From NCBI GenBank assembly GCA_964106645.2, contig OZ067044.1: 64,000 nucleotides of DNA; one strand, written 5' to 3'. The translations under genes were made by a program, and so were the position numbers. Positions 25,343 through 36,972 of this stretch are shown piece after piece. The DNA comes from Podarcis pityusensis (Eukaryota). Numbering within the stretch: the first letter of the stretch is position 1; each line of letters opens with the position of its first letter. Under the pieces are notes generated by a model, which saw only the letters and a program-made list of their open reading frames with translations, was not told the DNA's origin and ran no database searches.

Positions 25343-25697
25343 AAGGTAAAGGTAAAGGTAAAGGACCCCTGGACGGTTAAGTCCAGTCAAAGGTAACTAT
25401 GGGGTGCTGCGCTCAGCTCGCTTCAGGACGAGGGAGCCAGCGTTTGTCCATAGACAGCTTTCCTGGCCATGTGTCTGACAAGGATTAAACCGCTACTGGC
25501 ACATAGAAACACCAATTTATCCACCACAGTGGTACCTATTTATCTACTTGCACTGGTGTGCTTTCAAACTGCTAGGTTGGCAGAAGCTGGGACAGAGCAA
25601 CAGGAGCTCACCCTATTGCATGGATTCAATCTGTCAACCTTCTGATCAGGAAGCCCAAGAAGCTCAGTGGTTTAGACCACAGCACCACCCACGTCCC
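25343..25697 (-). mobile_element. Sauria SINE
   Basis: (aaaggt)n tail, ggtacctatttatctacttgcac, ctttcaaactgctaggttggcag, head ...ccacagcaccacccacgtccc. Confidence 0.95.
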
Positions 25698-26939
25698 CTA
25701 AAAATAGCATTTGTCTTCAGTCATGATCATTCCACATTAATTCATTTTACTAGCTTTTAAAAAACTTCTGTTGAGCTTCATGACTCATACTTATCCATCC
25801 TGTTCTTATTCTTGTTTACTATTGACATACGATTGCCCTATGGCTCATGGAGATTTCACATCTTGTTCTTGCACCTTCTGCTGTATAGACTGACTCAACC
25901 CAGAGGCATATGGCTTGTGAGATTTAATCTGTGAAACGCATCTGACCTTGGGGGGGGGGGAAACCCTGTACAAATGGGTGCTAATAGACCAGCTTTAGCA
26001 ATTGGAAGTGAGATCACAGCTCATCAACCTGCATTAGAAATACACAGCACACACAAGTAAGGGAACAAGAAGTATAATTGTAGGGAGTATGAAACATAAA
26101 CTTCTCGAGAGACTTTCATATGAGAAGCACGTCATCCAGGAAAAATATTCTACCACTGTGCAAAATTTCATCCAAACATACCAAGGGGGATGAAGATAGG
26201 AGCAGGAGAAAAGTGTTTGGCTAAGGAAGAGGAATTAAAAAATGCAGTGTGCAGCAGTTCTTGGAGCAGGGGAAATCAAGTTTGCAACAACAGTCTTCAA
26301 AAGAATACTAATCCTATCCTTACATTTTACTATGCTGGACATCCTTCCCCACCCCCACCCCACTTCTGCAAGGACATCATCAAAAACACAGCTCCACTGC
26401 ATTCATGCCATTTTTTTAGCTCAAGACTTTCAACGCATAAAATTGCGACATGGCTTATTAGTATTTTTAGCATTTGGTCTGAACCACTGTGGCTATATAA
26501 TGTTGGCGTGTGTCAGCTATCATTAGCATCAGTTTGTTGACTGACACCTAACAAATCAATTTCAAGCACTCCTGATGGTAGTCAAAATTATACATGATGA
26601 TGTAATAAATAGCCCATCACCTTTGTGTCGCTTCTAGGCTAATTTTGGTAGTCAAATTGACCAGTGTTTGCAAGTAATGGCCAAGCACAACATTATAAGA
26701 AACGTGGGATTGTCAGGACTCTCTGTCTCCTCTCTCTTGTAATATCTATTACAAAACCATGCATGATACCACATCATGATATTGTGAATCTCCCCTGCTG
26801 TCAGAAGTAAAGAAGAGAATGGGAGAGATGGAGACACAGAACAATGAAATCACCTTTCCATTTTTGCTTCTGATTTTTACAGTCTTAAACTCAATTCACC
26901 ACATTTCCACATAGCGTGTTCTCCATAACAGAGAGCACG

Positions 26940-27727
26940 TGTTGTGGTTTGGGGAACAAGCCACCCTGCCTGTTACTGGGCAGATTTTGGGAGGAACCCA
27001 AGCCTTTAAGTAGTTAATTGGGTTGCTAGGGAGTTTTGATTGTTGCCAATTTGGAGGAGGGGTCAGAGTCTTTAAATACAGGACGCCCAACGTTGGGCGT
27101 CCTCTTGGCCATTTTGCATCAGATCACCCGCCCTCCCTCCCTTTAATAGGGTGGGTTTCTTGATCGCTTGACCTTGCTATGCCTGTCATGGGGTCGTCTG
27201 CCTTGGAGCGGGGGCCTGGTAGGAATTTTGCCATCTGGCTGATTGGCTGGTGCCATTTGGTTTTTGCCTACTGCGTAGCAAATCGTCACAACTTGTAAGG
27301 TTGGCGGTTAGGCATTGGTTAAATTGGTTCTTGGAGGGGTAAGTGCCTACCCCTCCAAATGGTGCGGAAAGGGAATTCCATTAAAGGAATCCAGGGGCTT
27401 GCCATTCTTTTCGTCCTTGTCCCTGGCATCAGACTTGGGCCGTGCAAGCCCCACAGGAACATGAGGGTGAGAAGTGAGGGACTGATGCCCAGCTTCATTT
27501 TCTCACCCAATACTTGTTTTCCACGCTGGCTTCCATTGGTGTCCAGAAGGCCAGCTCTGTCCCTGAGGGCAAGGACAGATAGTCATAACCAATGCCTAAG
27601 CAACCACTCACATTTTTTGTATTTTGAATAAAGTTGTGGCCAAAATTATGCCAAAAAACTTAAACAAAATTGATGTGTGAAGTGTGACTTTTTTGGTGGG
27701 TGGCATTGTGGGACTCAACACGCAACA
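26940..27727 (+). mobile_element. LTR-like element (probable solo LTR, Gypsy-like) with extensive inverted repeats
   Basis: Termini tgttgtg / cgcaaca; TATA-like tttaaata at 27071; AATAAA at 27627-27632; raised GC and CpG; no TSD found, so left end uncertain. Confidence 0.7.
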
Positions 27728-28628
27728 GATTGCAAATTTTTATTTTACAAGTCTCCCCCCTCAAAAAATTGGGGTGCTGCTAGTGCCCACATCCTCTCCA
27801 CATTTATTCCCTCATGCATTATTTGAACATCATACTACAGCTTTTGTAAGTAGGGCTTAAATGTGAACAAAGAGAGCAAGCAAAGAGAGAACAAATTGTG
27901 GTAGATGCCTGTAGCTTTTAATATTGTGTGGTCCTCAGACAGCTATCCTTAAGCTGGTGCTGTTGAGACTACAACTCTCATCAGTCCCACCTAGCATGCC
28001 CAAAGATGATGTGAGTTATGATACAGAACATCTGGAGGGGATCAGGATGGGGAAGGCTGCACTAAAGTAAGTACACTGATTCACATTTTGGCAGGTTTAC
28101 TATTGGCAGGTTTGCTTAGCCTCCCCAGGTAAGTAATAATCTGCAATGCAATAAAAATACCTAATACAAAATAACATCTCTATCACACATACACATTACC
28201 TTCTTTACTTCTTTAAGAGTTTCATCTGTTTGTTTCATCTGTCTTTTCTGTCTTTTTGATACTATCTGCTTTCAATGGATACCCTTAACTTCAGCAGCTT
28301 TACCGTCCTGCCCCCCTCACACACAAATAAAATCTATAAAATAATGTGTCCAGGAGGATCAACAGGCTGCTAAATGGTTCGCTTATAACCCATAGACCAA
28401 AAACCTTGGTATGAGATCTATTGGCTGATATAATTCCAACAGAGGCACCGAAAGAGTGATCAACTAGGGAGCAATTCTAAAGCAACAGGAAGAATTCTAA
28501 AGAAACGTTGTTTTAAGGGCCGGGGCTATTTAAACAGATGCTCGATTGTAAAATCAGCACCACTGCAGTAAAACATACAGCACAAAATGTTGTTTGCAGG
28601 CATGTTTGTTAAGACTGCTCTCTCTTAC

Positions 28629-28773
28629 CTCTGGCCATATGGCTTTGTTTGCTCAGGTGGCTCTGCTTCCCTGTAACATCGGCAGACAGTGCTGGAGGCC
28701 TCCTGGTTGCCATTCCTCTTCCCGATTCCTCTGGGTATGGAATCCTTCAGGAAATTGTCCTACACAAGGCAAC
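28629..28773 (-). other. Candidate 145-nt exon (non-coding or 5'UTR-like)
   Basis: Acceptor tttcctttgcctttcag|G and donor GAG|gtaaga on minus; stops in all three frames from this acceptor. Confidence 0.3.
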
Positions 28774-29160
28774 CTGAAAGGCAAAGGAAACTTGGCACAA
28801 CTTCTGATCAGTTCAATGGGGTTTGCATAGAAGAACTTCCTTGTGGATGATGACTGCTGCATTTTATTGTCAAAGTATATATATCAAAAGCCTCTAAACA
28901 CCCTTTTCTGCTTCAGAAAAACACGCAACCTGTGCTATTTTCTTTATCATTTCCCCATCACATTAGAATATGTGAGATTATTATTTTGAAAGTCCTGAAA
29001 AGCACACAGATGTGCTTGCAGTTCCTGATTTATATGGGGGAAAGCCCATATGTCTTCTCTTCATAGAGATCATCTCTTCCTAAAGTAGCTCCATTTCACA
29101 GATGACAATAACATGAGTAGAAGGCAAAGGTGCAAGTATTCCTATCTCTGGTCTGTACTA

Positions 29161-29497
29161 CATACCCTCCAACATATTTCTCTGATGGAAATAGGGATGT
29201 CCCATTCCATAATAATAATTTTGCTATTTCTACCTCAGACATCTTATTGGGTTGCCTCAGCCCCCGGGCAGCTTCCAACATATATAAAAACATAAAATAT
29301 TTTTTAAAAAATCTTTCCTATACAAGATTGCCTTCAGATGGCTCAGGAGTTGGCTAACTCCATACCCTTCAACATTTCTCCAATGAAAATAGGGATATCC
29401 TAAGGAACAGCGGGACATTCCAGGATCAAATCAGAAACCGGGACGGCTTCTCTAAATCAGGGACATCCCTGGAAAACAGGGACACCTGGAGGTGCTG
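29161..29497. mobile_element. Composite hAT-like MITE with duplicated left end and captured L2 fragment
   Basis: cataccctccaacat...aaatagggatgtcc at 29161 recurs at 29361; gggac subterminal repeats; L2 3'-end sequence at ~29245-29340; gtacta flanks both sides. Confidence 0.75.
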
Positions 29498-29702
29498 GTA
29501 CTACTTTCACATGTATCACCTATGACAAGTCCATTCTGTTCTTTCCTCCTCACACCTCAAAATATGTATTTTCTATTAAAATATGAATTCACAGGCATAT
29601 TTTGGTATGTTTAAACAGCAGAGAGCTGAATCACAACATATGGAGAAGTGTGAGCTCTAGGTGGAAAATCCAAGGGGCACTGTTCCAATCATTTCACAAA
29701 AG

Positions 29703-30173
29703 CAGGGATGGGGAACCTCAAGCCAGGAGGCCAAATAATCATGATAATCATGATGATATTTATACCCTGCCCATCTGGCATGGTTGCCCCAGCCACTCTG
29801 AGTGGCTTCCAACACAGATTAAAAAAACACAATAAAACATCAAACATTTGAAACTTCCCGATATAGGGCTGCCTTCAGATGTATTCTAAAAGTTGTATAG
29901 TTCTTTATCTCCTTGACATCTCCTTCTAGGCCTCTGTATCTGACCCTAGACTCTCCCCAGGCTGCACACCCCTCACCAGCCCTTCTTTGCACCCTTCTTG
30001 AACATTTTTGCCTGACTAGAATGTGCCCTTGTACATTTTGCTTGAATGTGTTTTGCTTATCCAGATGGGGAACAAAAGGGGGTTCATAAGTGTGTAGAAC
30101 TGGGGCGTGACCCTAGGAAGGTTTCCCAGAAAGAGAATGTGACCTTTGGGCTGACAATGTTTCCCCACCCCTG
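29703..30173. mobile_element. hAT-like element with nested L2
   Basis: Termini cagggatggggaac / gtttccccacccctg. Confidence 0.7.
29737..29922 (-). mobile_element. L2 LINE 3' end (nested)
   Basis: tttataccctgcccatctgg...ccccagccactctg...agggctgccttcagatg...ccttgacatct, matching 33143-33310. Confidence 0.9.
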
Positions 30174-30299
30174 TCATATAGGAATTAGTAGATATTAACA
30201 TTTCTCAGGCATCCCTATGTGAAACACACACATTTACTGACTTCTTGCTGCTTCCAGGTATCCTGAAAAGCATATTCACACAACTCTTACCCAAGGGAC

Positions 30300-30495
30300 C
30301 AATTGGGTTGGGTAAATGTGTGACTTCCTTTCCACACATCCATCTCCTGTCCCTCCTGTTCCTTTCACTCCACAATCAAAATTGAGGTTGTAAGCTCCTT
30401 TGGGACACAAGCCAGTTTTTCCCCGGTAGTCAAACTTTGTAAAATGATGCATGCCTTTATGGCGCCAAATATCAAGAACAGTAAATGAGGCTGAC
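30300..30495 (-). mobile_element. Old L2-type 3'UTR remnant
   Basis: ttgtaagctcctttgggaca...ttgtaaaatgatgcatg motif typical of ancient L2 ends; orientation tentative. Confidence 0.35.
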
Positions 30496-31015
30496 AATAT
30501 TTGGAGAGGTTGTTTATGCTTGCAGTCTTCCCTGATCCACAGGACTGAACCTCTCTAAAGTCTGCAGTGTTGGCTTCCTTGTGTGAACTTGGAGATGTTC
30601 CCTGGGAAACCATATTTGCCTTTTCTGAAGATGCTGTTATCTACTTCCTGCTTCCCCAAGTAATTGTGACATTCCAATGGGCAACACTAAATGATTATTA
30701 AATACTTACTTTAATTACAAACACACCAGGAGGGCATACTGGAAGAAAGGGGACACATCTTCAGCAGAACTCAACTTTAGATACATCTGACCTATGGACC
30801 ACTTACGTTTAAATTAGGACAGTCACTGATGGATTATTATTATTATTTATTAAATGTCTATGCTGCCCGTCATCCGAAGATCTCAGGGGGGTTTACAATA
30901 TAAAAAGGCAAAAAGATATAATAACAAACAAAAACAATAGTCCATCCTACTGTGAGCTGGTGCTGTTTATTTTTTCTTTATTTAAACATACATCCTAAAG
31001 ACTCACTGGATAAAC

Positions 31016-31265
31016 CAGGGGTCAGCAAACCTTTTCAACAGGGGACCTGTCCACTGTCCCTCAGACCTTGTGGGAGGCCGGACTATATTGGGGGGGGGGA
31101 TGAAAAAATTCCTATGCCCCACAAATAACCCAGAGATGCATTTTAAATAAAAGCAGCACACATTCTACTCATGTAAGACACACTGGTTCCCAGACCGTCC
31201 TCTGGCCGGTTTTAGAAGGCAATTGGGCCAGATCTGGCCCCCAGGCCTTAGTTTGCCTACCCATG
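31016..31265. mobile_element. hAT-Charlie MITE, 250 bp
   Basis: TIRs caggggtcagcaaac / gtttgcctacccatg; perfect 8-bp TSD ggataaac (31008-31015, 31266-31273). Confidence 0.95.
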
Positions 31266-33092
31266 GGATAAACTCTATTAGGCTATATCCCAGCTACAGC
31301 TAACTGCAGGGCAAACCTTTTAGCTGCTCTCTCCAAATTCAAACAGCTTCCCCTTCTTTTAGACACACACAGGTTTGCAGAGCACTGGTCTCAGATCTCA
31401 CTCCCTGCAGATAGATTGCCCATTCAGGAGAACATCCATGGCCATTAATGGAACATTAAGGCTCCTTTGTTAAATCTTGGACTACCCATAGAGGAAATAT
31501 CAGCCAGTCATTTTTGACCATTAGCAAGCAATCAACTTAGCAAAGGGTGGCCAGTCAGCATCTGAGCAAACCTTTTCTTGTGCTCATGTAAGACTATTGC
31601 AAGTTGCAAACTGTATGTCCCTGAAGTCCTTTTCCCAAGCTTGTCCTTGTCTGAGTCTCCTGTTCATTCAGCGATCTTAAGTTTATTAAGCTTATTAGAA
31701 TTATTAACAACAGCATTTTGTGGGGTCTCTGCTTTCGTCCCCCACCCCTGCATAACTGTGTTGGGATGGTTAATGAAGCTTAACATACTTTCTCAGGAAT
31801 TCATTTCCTTTGCAACTGTAGACTTTAGCTGTACTCTGTTGTATCTAGAGAAAGGGTAAGCAAAACATTCAATGTCCAATAAAAAATACCGCAGAAACAA
31901 AATGAGACAGATAAGCTTCTGAACAGTATATCCCAGCATGACCATTCATAATGCTTTCTCTTATAATCAAGTTGAATGGCCACTATTCCTTTATTTTAAA
32001 AAAGCGTTTGAGCTATAAGTCTGCATCTGTACTACAAAAACTTTTAGCACTTTTTTTTTTACACTTTCTCATCACCTGAGAGCAAACACGCATTACAAAG
32101 GCCATTTTCCTGCATAAAAGCCAATAGTATGTTTCATGAATTTTATCTTATTCCTAACAAAACTTCACAAAGAGCCTATTTCCAATAGCTTAAATTTCTG
32201 GACTCTAAGATTAGAGGGCACCACATTACCTTTCCCTGTGTTAGATAAAGGGAAATATAACATATTCTGGGCTAGTCCTCACATGATAGAATAAACTCCA
32301 TCTTCCCCATGCCTAAACACACAGACAGACCCAGCATTTTTGAAATTTAAAACAGCTGACTGCCACCTTCCAGTTTTTAATAAAGAAAGCTATTTTTTTG
32401 TAAAATGCCCATATTGAAATCTGCACCACTCCAAATCTGAGTTAGATGTTGACAGCTGACATAATGTAAGTCAACGTGATCTCATATGCCATTAAACAGC
32501 ATAATGTTAGTGTGATCCTAAACAGAAGGAGGCCACACACCATTAGGAAAATAATACAGCATTAGCAAAGCACAGCGTCGCAAGTCATGACATCTATTTG
32601 GCAGGGGATAGTTTTGCACTCAAAAAGACGGTCGTGCTTTGTGTTCGGTGAACTTGTCTGGAAGTGCAAAACACCTAATGGCGAGATTAACCAGTAGCAG
32701 CACAGCAGCAGTCTGTTTTAATTTAGGTTTGCAGCTAGCTACTGCTATGAAAATTAACAACTCTTAAATGTGTTAAACAATCTTCAGGCTTCTGCAATAA
32801 ATGAGCAGGCTGGAAGAAGCCATACAGCTTGTGCAATACTGTTGTTGTGAGACACCAGCCAACTATTTCCCACCCCCTTTGAGAGCTTGATCTGATAAAT
32901 AAACATAGACATACATAGACTCTCAGAGCTAGCTGGGCATTAACTCTAGCCTTGGGCTATATTATCACCCATTGGGCATTTCATTTTAGGATCCGGCATA
33001 AATGAAAACTGCAGCCTTTAGATTATTTTAAACATAAATGTAAGTAATTGTCTACTCCTAAGCACAATTAATCACAACCCACTTGCTGTTGA

Positions 33093-33105
33093 AGTAGTAG
33101 TAGTA

Positions 33106-33143
<38 letters not shown>

Positions 33144-33443
33144 TTTATTATTTATACCCCACCCATCTGGCTGAGTTTCCCCAGCCACTCTGGGTGGCTC
33201 CCAATCGAGTGTTAAAAACAATACAGAATTAAATATTAAAAACTTCCCTAAGCAGGGCTGCCTTCAGATGTCTTTTAAAAATAAGATATCGGCTTATTAC
33301 CTTGACATCTGATGGGAGGGCGTTCCACAGGGCAGGCACCACTACCGAGAAGGCCCTCTGTCTGGTTCCCTGTAACCTCACTTCTTGCAATGAGGGAACC
33401 GCCAGAAGGCCCTCGGCACTGGATCTCAGTGTCCGGGCTGAAC
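33093..33443 (-). mobile_element. L2 LINE 3' end with (ATT)n tail
   Basis: ORF 33229..33531 RTLRSSAEGLLAVP...RAFSVVVPALWNALP...FKRHLKAALLREVF is the L2 ORF2 end; (aat)n at 33108-33143. Confidence 0.95.
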
Positions 33444-34157
33444 AGTCTACATTGGCTATAGCCTTAAGATAGAAAGAAGATAGAAGTGCCATTGAGGGGA
33501 CACTGTTCCAACCACTAGGAAGTGCTAACACTTGGCTTCCACTGGCTTTTTAATCTAGTGCATGGATTACTAACCATGGCAGAAATACTGACAGAATGCA
33601 CACACCTGCATGCTGAGGCAACATATCTTGCACACAATCTGCCTGCCTTGAGTGACAATCAAGTGCGCCATTCAGTCGAAACCTTATTCTGGGGTATGGC
33701 TGCTGTCACCTGCTGACAGCTTCTAGGAGCCACAGGTGAGAACTGAGTGCAGTGTGGGGACCAAAGGTGGGCAAACTACCCCTGAAGGTGCATGATGTTC
33801 TCACACCAGAGGTACAACCCCTCTCCTTACACCCCTATGGATATGGATATAACTACATAGAGGGGAAAACAAAGTAAGAGTAGATGAAATATTCTGGGTG
33901 AAATCCAAATGTAGTGTCTGGCTTGCACAATGGACTTCTGCTTGTGTAAGCAGGACTTAGCCTTTTCCTCATTCCCTCTGTGAACCTGCAACATCTACTC
34001 TGAGGGGTGGGTACCCTCAGAACATATGGGGAGGCTATAGGGGAGCATGGAGGAAGGGAACTTGGTTCGTGCAACAATGTATCCTGTGCATTATTTTTTA
34101 TTAAGCAACTTATCATTTCCCCCCTAAATAAATAAATAAACTAATAACAGAAACACG

Positions 34158-34340
34158 AATCATAGAGCTGGAAAATGCAGTTCTAAACCTAAGGGGTATC
34201 AGGGGTATCAGGCCTCTCAGAGGATCTACAGTTCTGTTTTTTCTAGTGCTTCAGCTCTGTCCCACAATGCTCTGTTTTAAGGATATATGGCATCTACTGG
34301 GATAATGGCTGGCAAGATGTTACTATCTGCCCAGGTACAG
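34158..34340 (-). mobile_element. Old CR1 3' remnant
   Basis: gaatcatagagctggaa...ctgttttaaggat...catctactggg...ctggcaagatgttactatct. Confidence 0.45.
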
Positions 34341-34949
34341 GGCAGGGGTCAGTTTAATTGAGCAGATGAATGGATAGGTTGAAGAATGGCCACCTTGATA
34401 TCTGTGTGGAACAGTGACATAAAGGCTTGGGAGCAGGGGAGCCTGCTAATATAATATTCATACAACTGAGCTTATGCAACAAGTACAGTTTCCCACCCTG
34501 CACTAATTGAAATTAACATAACTTCTGCTAATTTCTCCCAAACAGCTGATATTAGCTATCCTGCACTTAAAGCAGGCAATTGATATACCCACAAGCTTCT
34601 CCTTCTGAATATTTACACTTGGTTCTTCAGCATCTAGGAACCTGACATACATTTCAGCTCCTCCTTTGTGGTCATCAAGCTGCCCCAAAGTTGCAACCGA
34701 GATAAAGTTAGATTGCAGGTGCCATATTTTGATGGTCTTGTTTGTAATTTTCTTAGAAAAAAGTAGACCTCTTGTCTGAAAAAAGGTTCTTTTTTATTCA
34801 TGTTACACATCCCTCATGTTATTCAGATCAAGATAATTTGCACATTTACATCACTTTTAATTACAGCACTTTATGAACGTTTACTAATTAAGCTTCAAAA
34901 GACCCCTAAGCCTCACAAATGAGGAATATATAGTCATCATGTCACTCAC

Positions 34950-35054
34950 CATTGAAATGAAAGCCTCTCTGGAGTAGAGTGGAGCACAACAGCTGTTTTG
35001 AAGCGTACACCAATGCTGCACAACTGTTGAGATGAATTCCATTTCCAGCCGAAA
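34950..35054 (-). other. Candidate 105-nt exon
   Basis: Acceptor ttttatttacccaacgttccccaacag|, donor ATG|gtgagt; length divisible by 3; no stop in any frame; peptide not recognised. Confidence 0.3.
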
Positions 35055-35276
35055 CTGTTGGGGAACGTTGGGTAAATAAAATGTAATTACTTGATTTGGA
35101 ATGTATCCAGGACACCAAGATTAACATCCTGAGACTCACAACTGTTTTCGGAAGTTGGGTTTTACAGGGACTGGGTTTTGCATTTCACATGGAAAACAGC
35201 AGGCCTAAATCTGTTCTGTGCTATGTCAGTATAAATCAGGCTGGATTTCTTATAAGATGAGATGATGAGAAGTTCT

Positions 35277-35278
<2 letters not shown>

Positions 35279-35314
<36 letters not shown>
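35279..35314. repeat. (AC)n microsatellite
   Basis: Direct reading. Confidence 0.95.
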
Positions 35315-35316
<2 letters not shown>

Positions 35317-35394
35317 ATACACACAGGTTCTGTGTGGAGGCTGAATAGCAAGGCAAATCAGTTTGATCTAGAGGATTCTCCCTTTCTCGAGCTG

Positions 35395-35705
35395 AAGTGC
35401 AATGCTAATAAACTCCCCAATGACCCCTTGCATAGAATTTTCTTTTTTCATAGTGCTGCACATTCTGTTGACATTTGCATTGAAATGTCCACCATGATAC
35501 CCATTTCCATTTTCTGTTTAGTCACTGCCAGCTCTGTGTACATGTGAAGTTCAGATCTGTTGCCCCAACATGTCCCACTTGAAAATAAATTAAAAAGCAC
35601 TGACCCAAATTCAAATCCTTGGGGGACCTTCATTCTAAGAACTGTCCATTTATTCCTACTCTGCTTCCTGTTCATTGACCAGATGCCAATTCATAACAGA
35701 TCTTT
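35395..35705 (-). mobile_element. Decayed CR1 RT fragment
   Basis: ORF 35448..35675 NRKQ...VPQGFEFGSVLFNLF resembles CR1 VPQGSVLGPVLFNLF; MGIMVDISMQMSTECAA resembles LGV.VD.SMKMS.QCAA. Confidence 0.8.
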
Positions 35706-36972
35706 TGATTGTGAGTCCTGTGACAAGTTCAAAGTGAGTTTAAATGTGAATAGAACTTACATCTTTGGACTTATAGCCAGATTTCATTTCCCAGTTTGTA
35801 GCAGCTCAAACATTTGACTGTTGTTCTTTTAATTTATTGCAATAATCTCCGTAAGATAAATCATTTTTACAGAAGACCTTTTTTCACAAAGTTACTAGTA
35901 CTTTGGGGATTTAAAATATGTTTCCACATAAGGTTACTCAAGCTATTTTCACTTGTTTTCCAGCACTTATTTAGCACTTTCAGTTGAACATCAAAGGCAC
36001 CCAAAATGTGTCACATAGCATGTTACATATTTTCTCTTTTCAGTTATCAAATTCCTGCATGTTACTTTATCAGTATGCTTTTAATTTAAATATGGCATTA
36101 AAATTCACAGCTGTTTCAAGTGGAACATAAAGTCAGTTGAGAGGACAGATTTGTGGAATTTTGCAGAGAATTTCAAACACTCAGCTGTCATCGTGCCATC
36201 CTTTGCTTTTGATATAAATAACTTGCCTTTGGTACATAAGCCATTTAAAAAAAAAGAAAGAAAGAAAATGAAGATGATTGCACCGAAGAAAGCACTGTGT
36301 GCTCTTCAGAGTTATATGGGATGTTTTCCAATTGACAATATGGGAATGCTCTGACTCGGGCCAAGGAGTTTGTTGCTATGGGGAAATAAGGAAAGCGTCA
36401 TTTGATGTTGTTACACTTGGCAGACAAACTCAGGAACAGGGAGTGGGGGGTGCCTTCAAGCGGGTTTCGCTATCAATGGGAAAAGAAAAGTTCCTTCCTT
36501 GTTATCTTTCAGTCTTCTATTTGCTTATCAACTTTTCACAAGCACTTCCATAGCTATGAAAGAAATTTCACACGTTCATATCTCACAGTCAGTATTCCCC
36601 ACTGGAATCTACATGGACTATGCAGCCCAGTGTTGCTGTGATTTCTCACTCATGTGTGCCTGCACATCTGCATACCACCCAACTTTTTCAGATCCAAAAC
36701 AGGGACGCATGACCTTGCCTCAAGATCAAAATGAACTTGCCTCAAAAAAGTGCTTTATCGGGGTGAGATCTTGTGCAGCACCAAAATGTGTGTGTTTTGG
36801 GGCACCGTAGGAGATCATGGCCCTCCAAAAAGCACTTTTTTGGGGGGTGAGAGCGTGGCATGAGAGCACATCACCCAAAATGGCCACTGCAATCTCATGC
36901 AAAAAAAAACACCCAGGTGTCCTTTTTTTCCAGAAGACTTGGTGGGTATGCATTTGTGTCTGGTTAAAGATT

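Noticed and set aside
27465-27510. Hammerhead ribozyme around CTGATG
   Set aside because: The core needs CUGANGA and a matching GAAA; the sequence is CTGATGC with no suitably placed GAAA.
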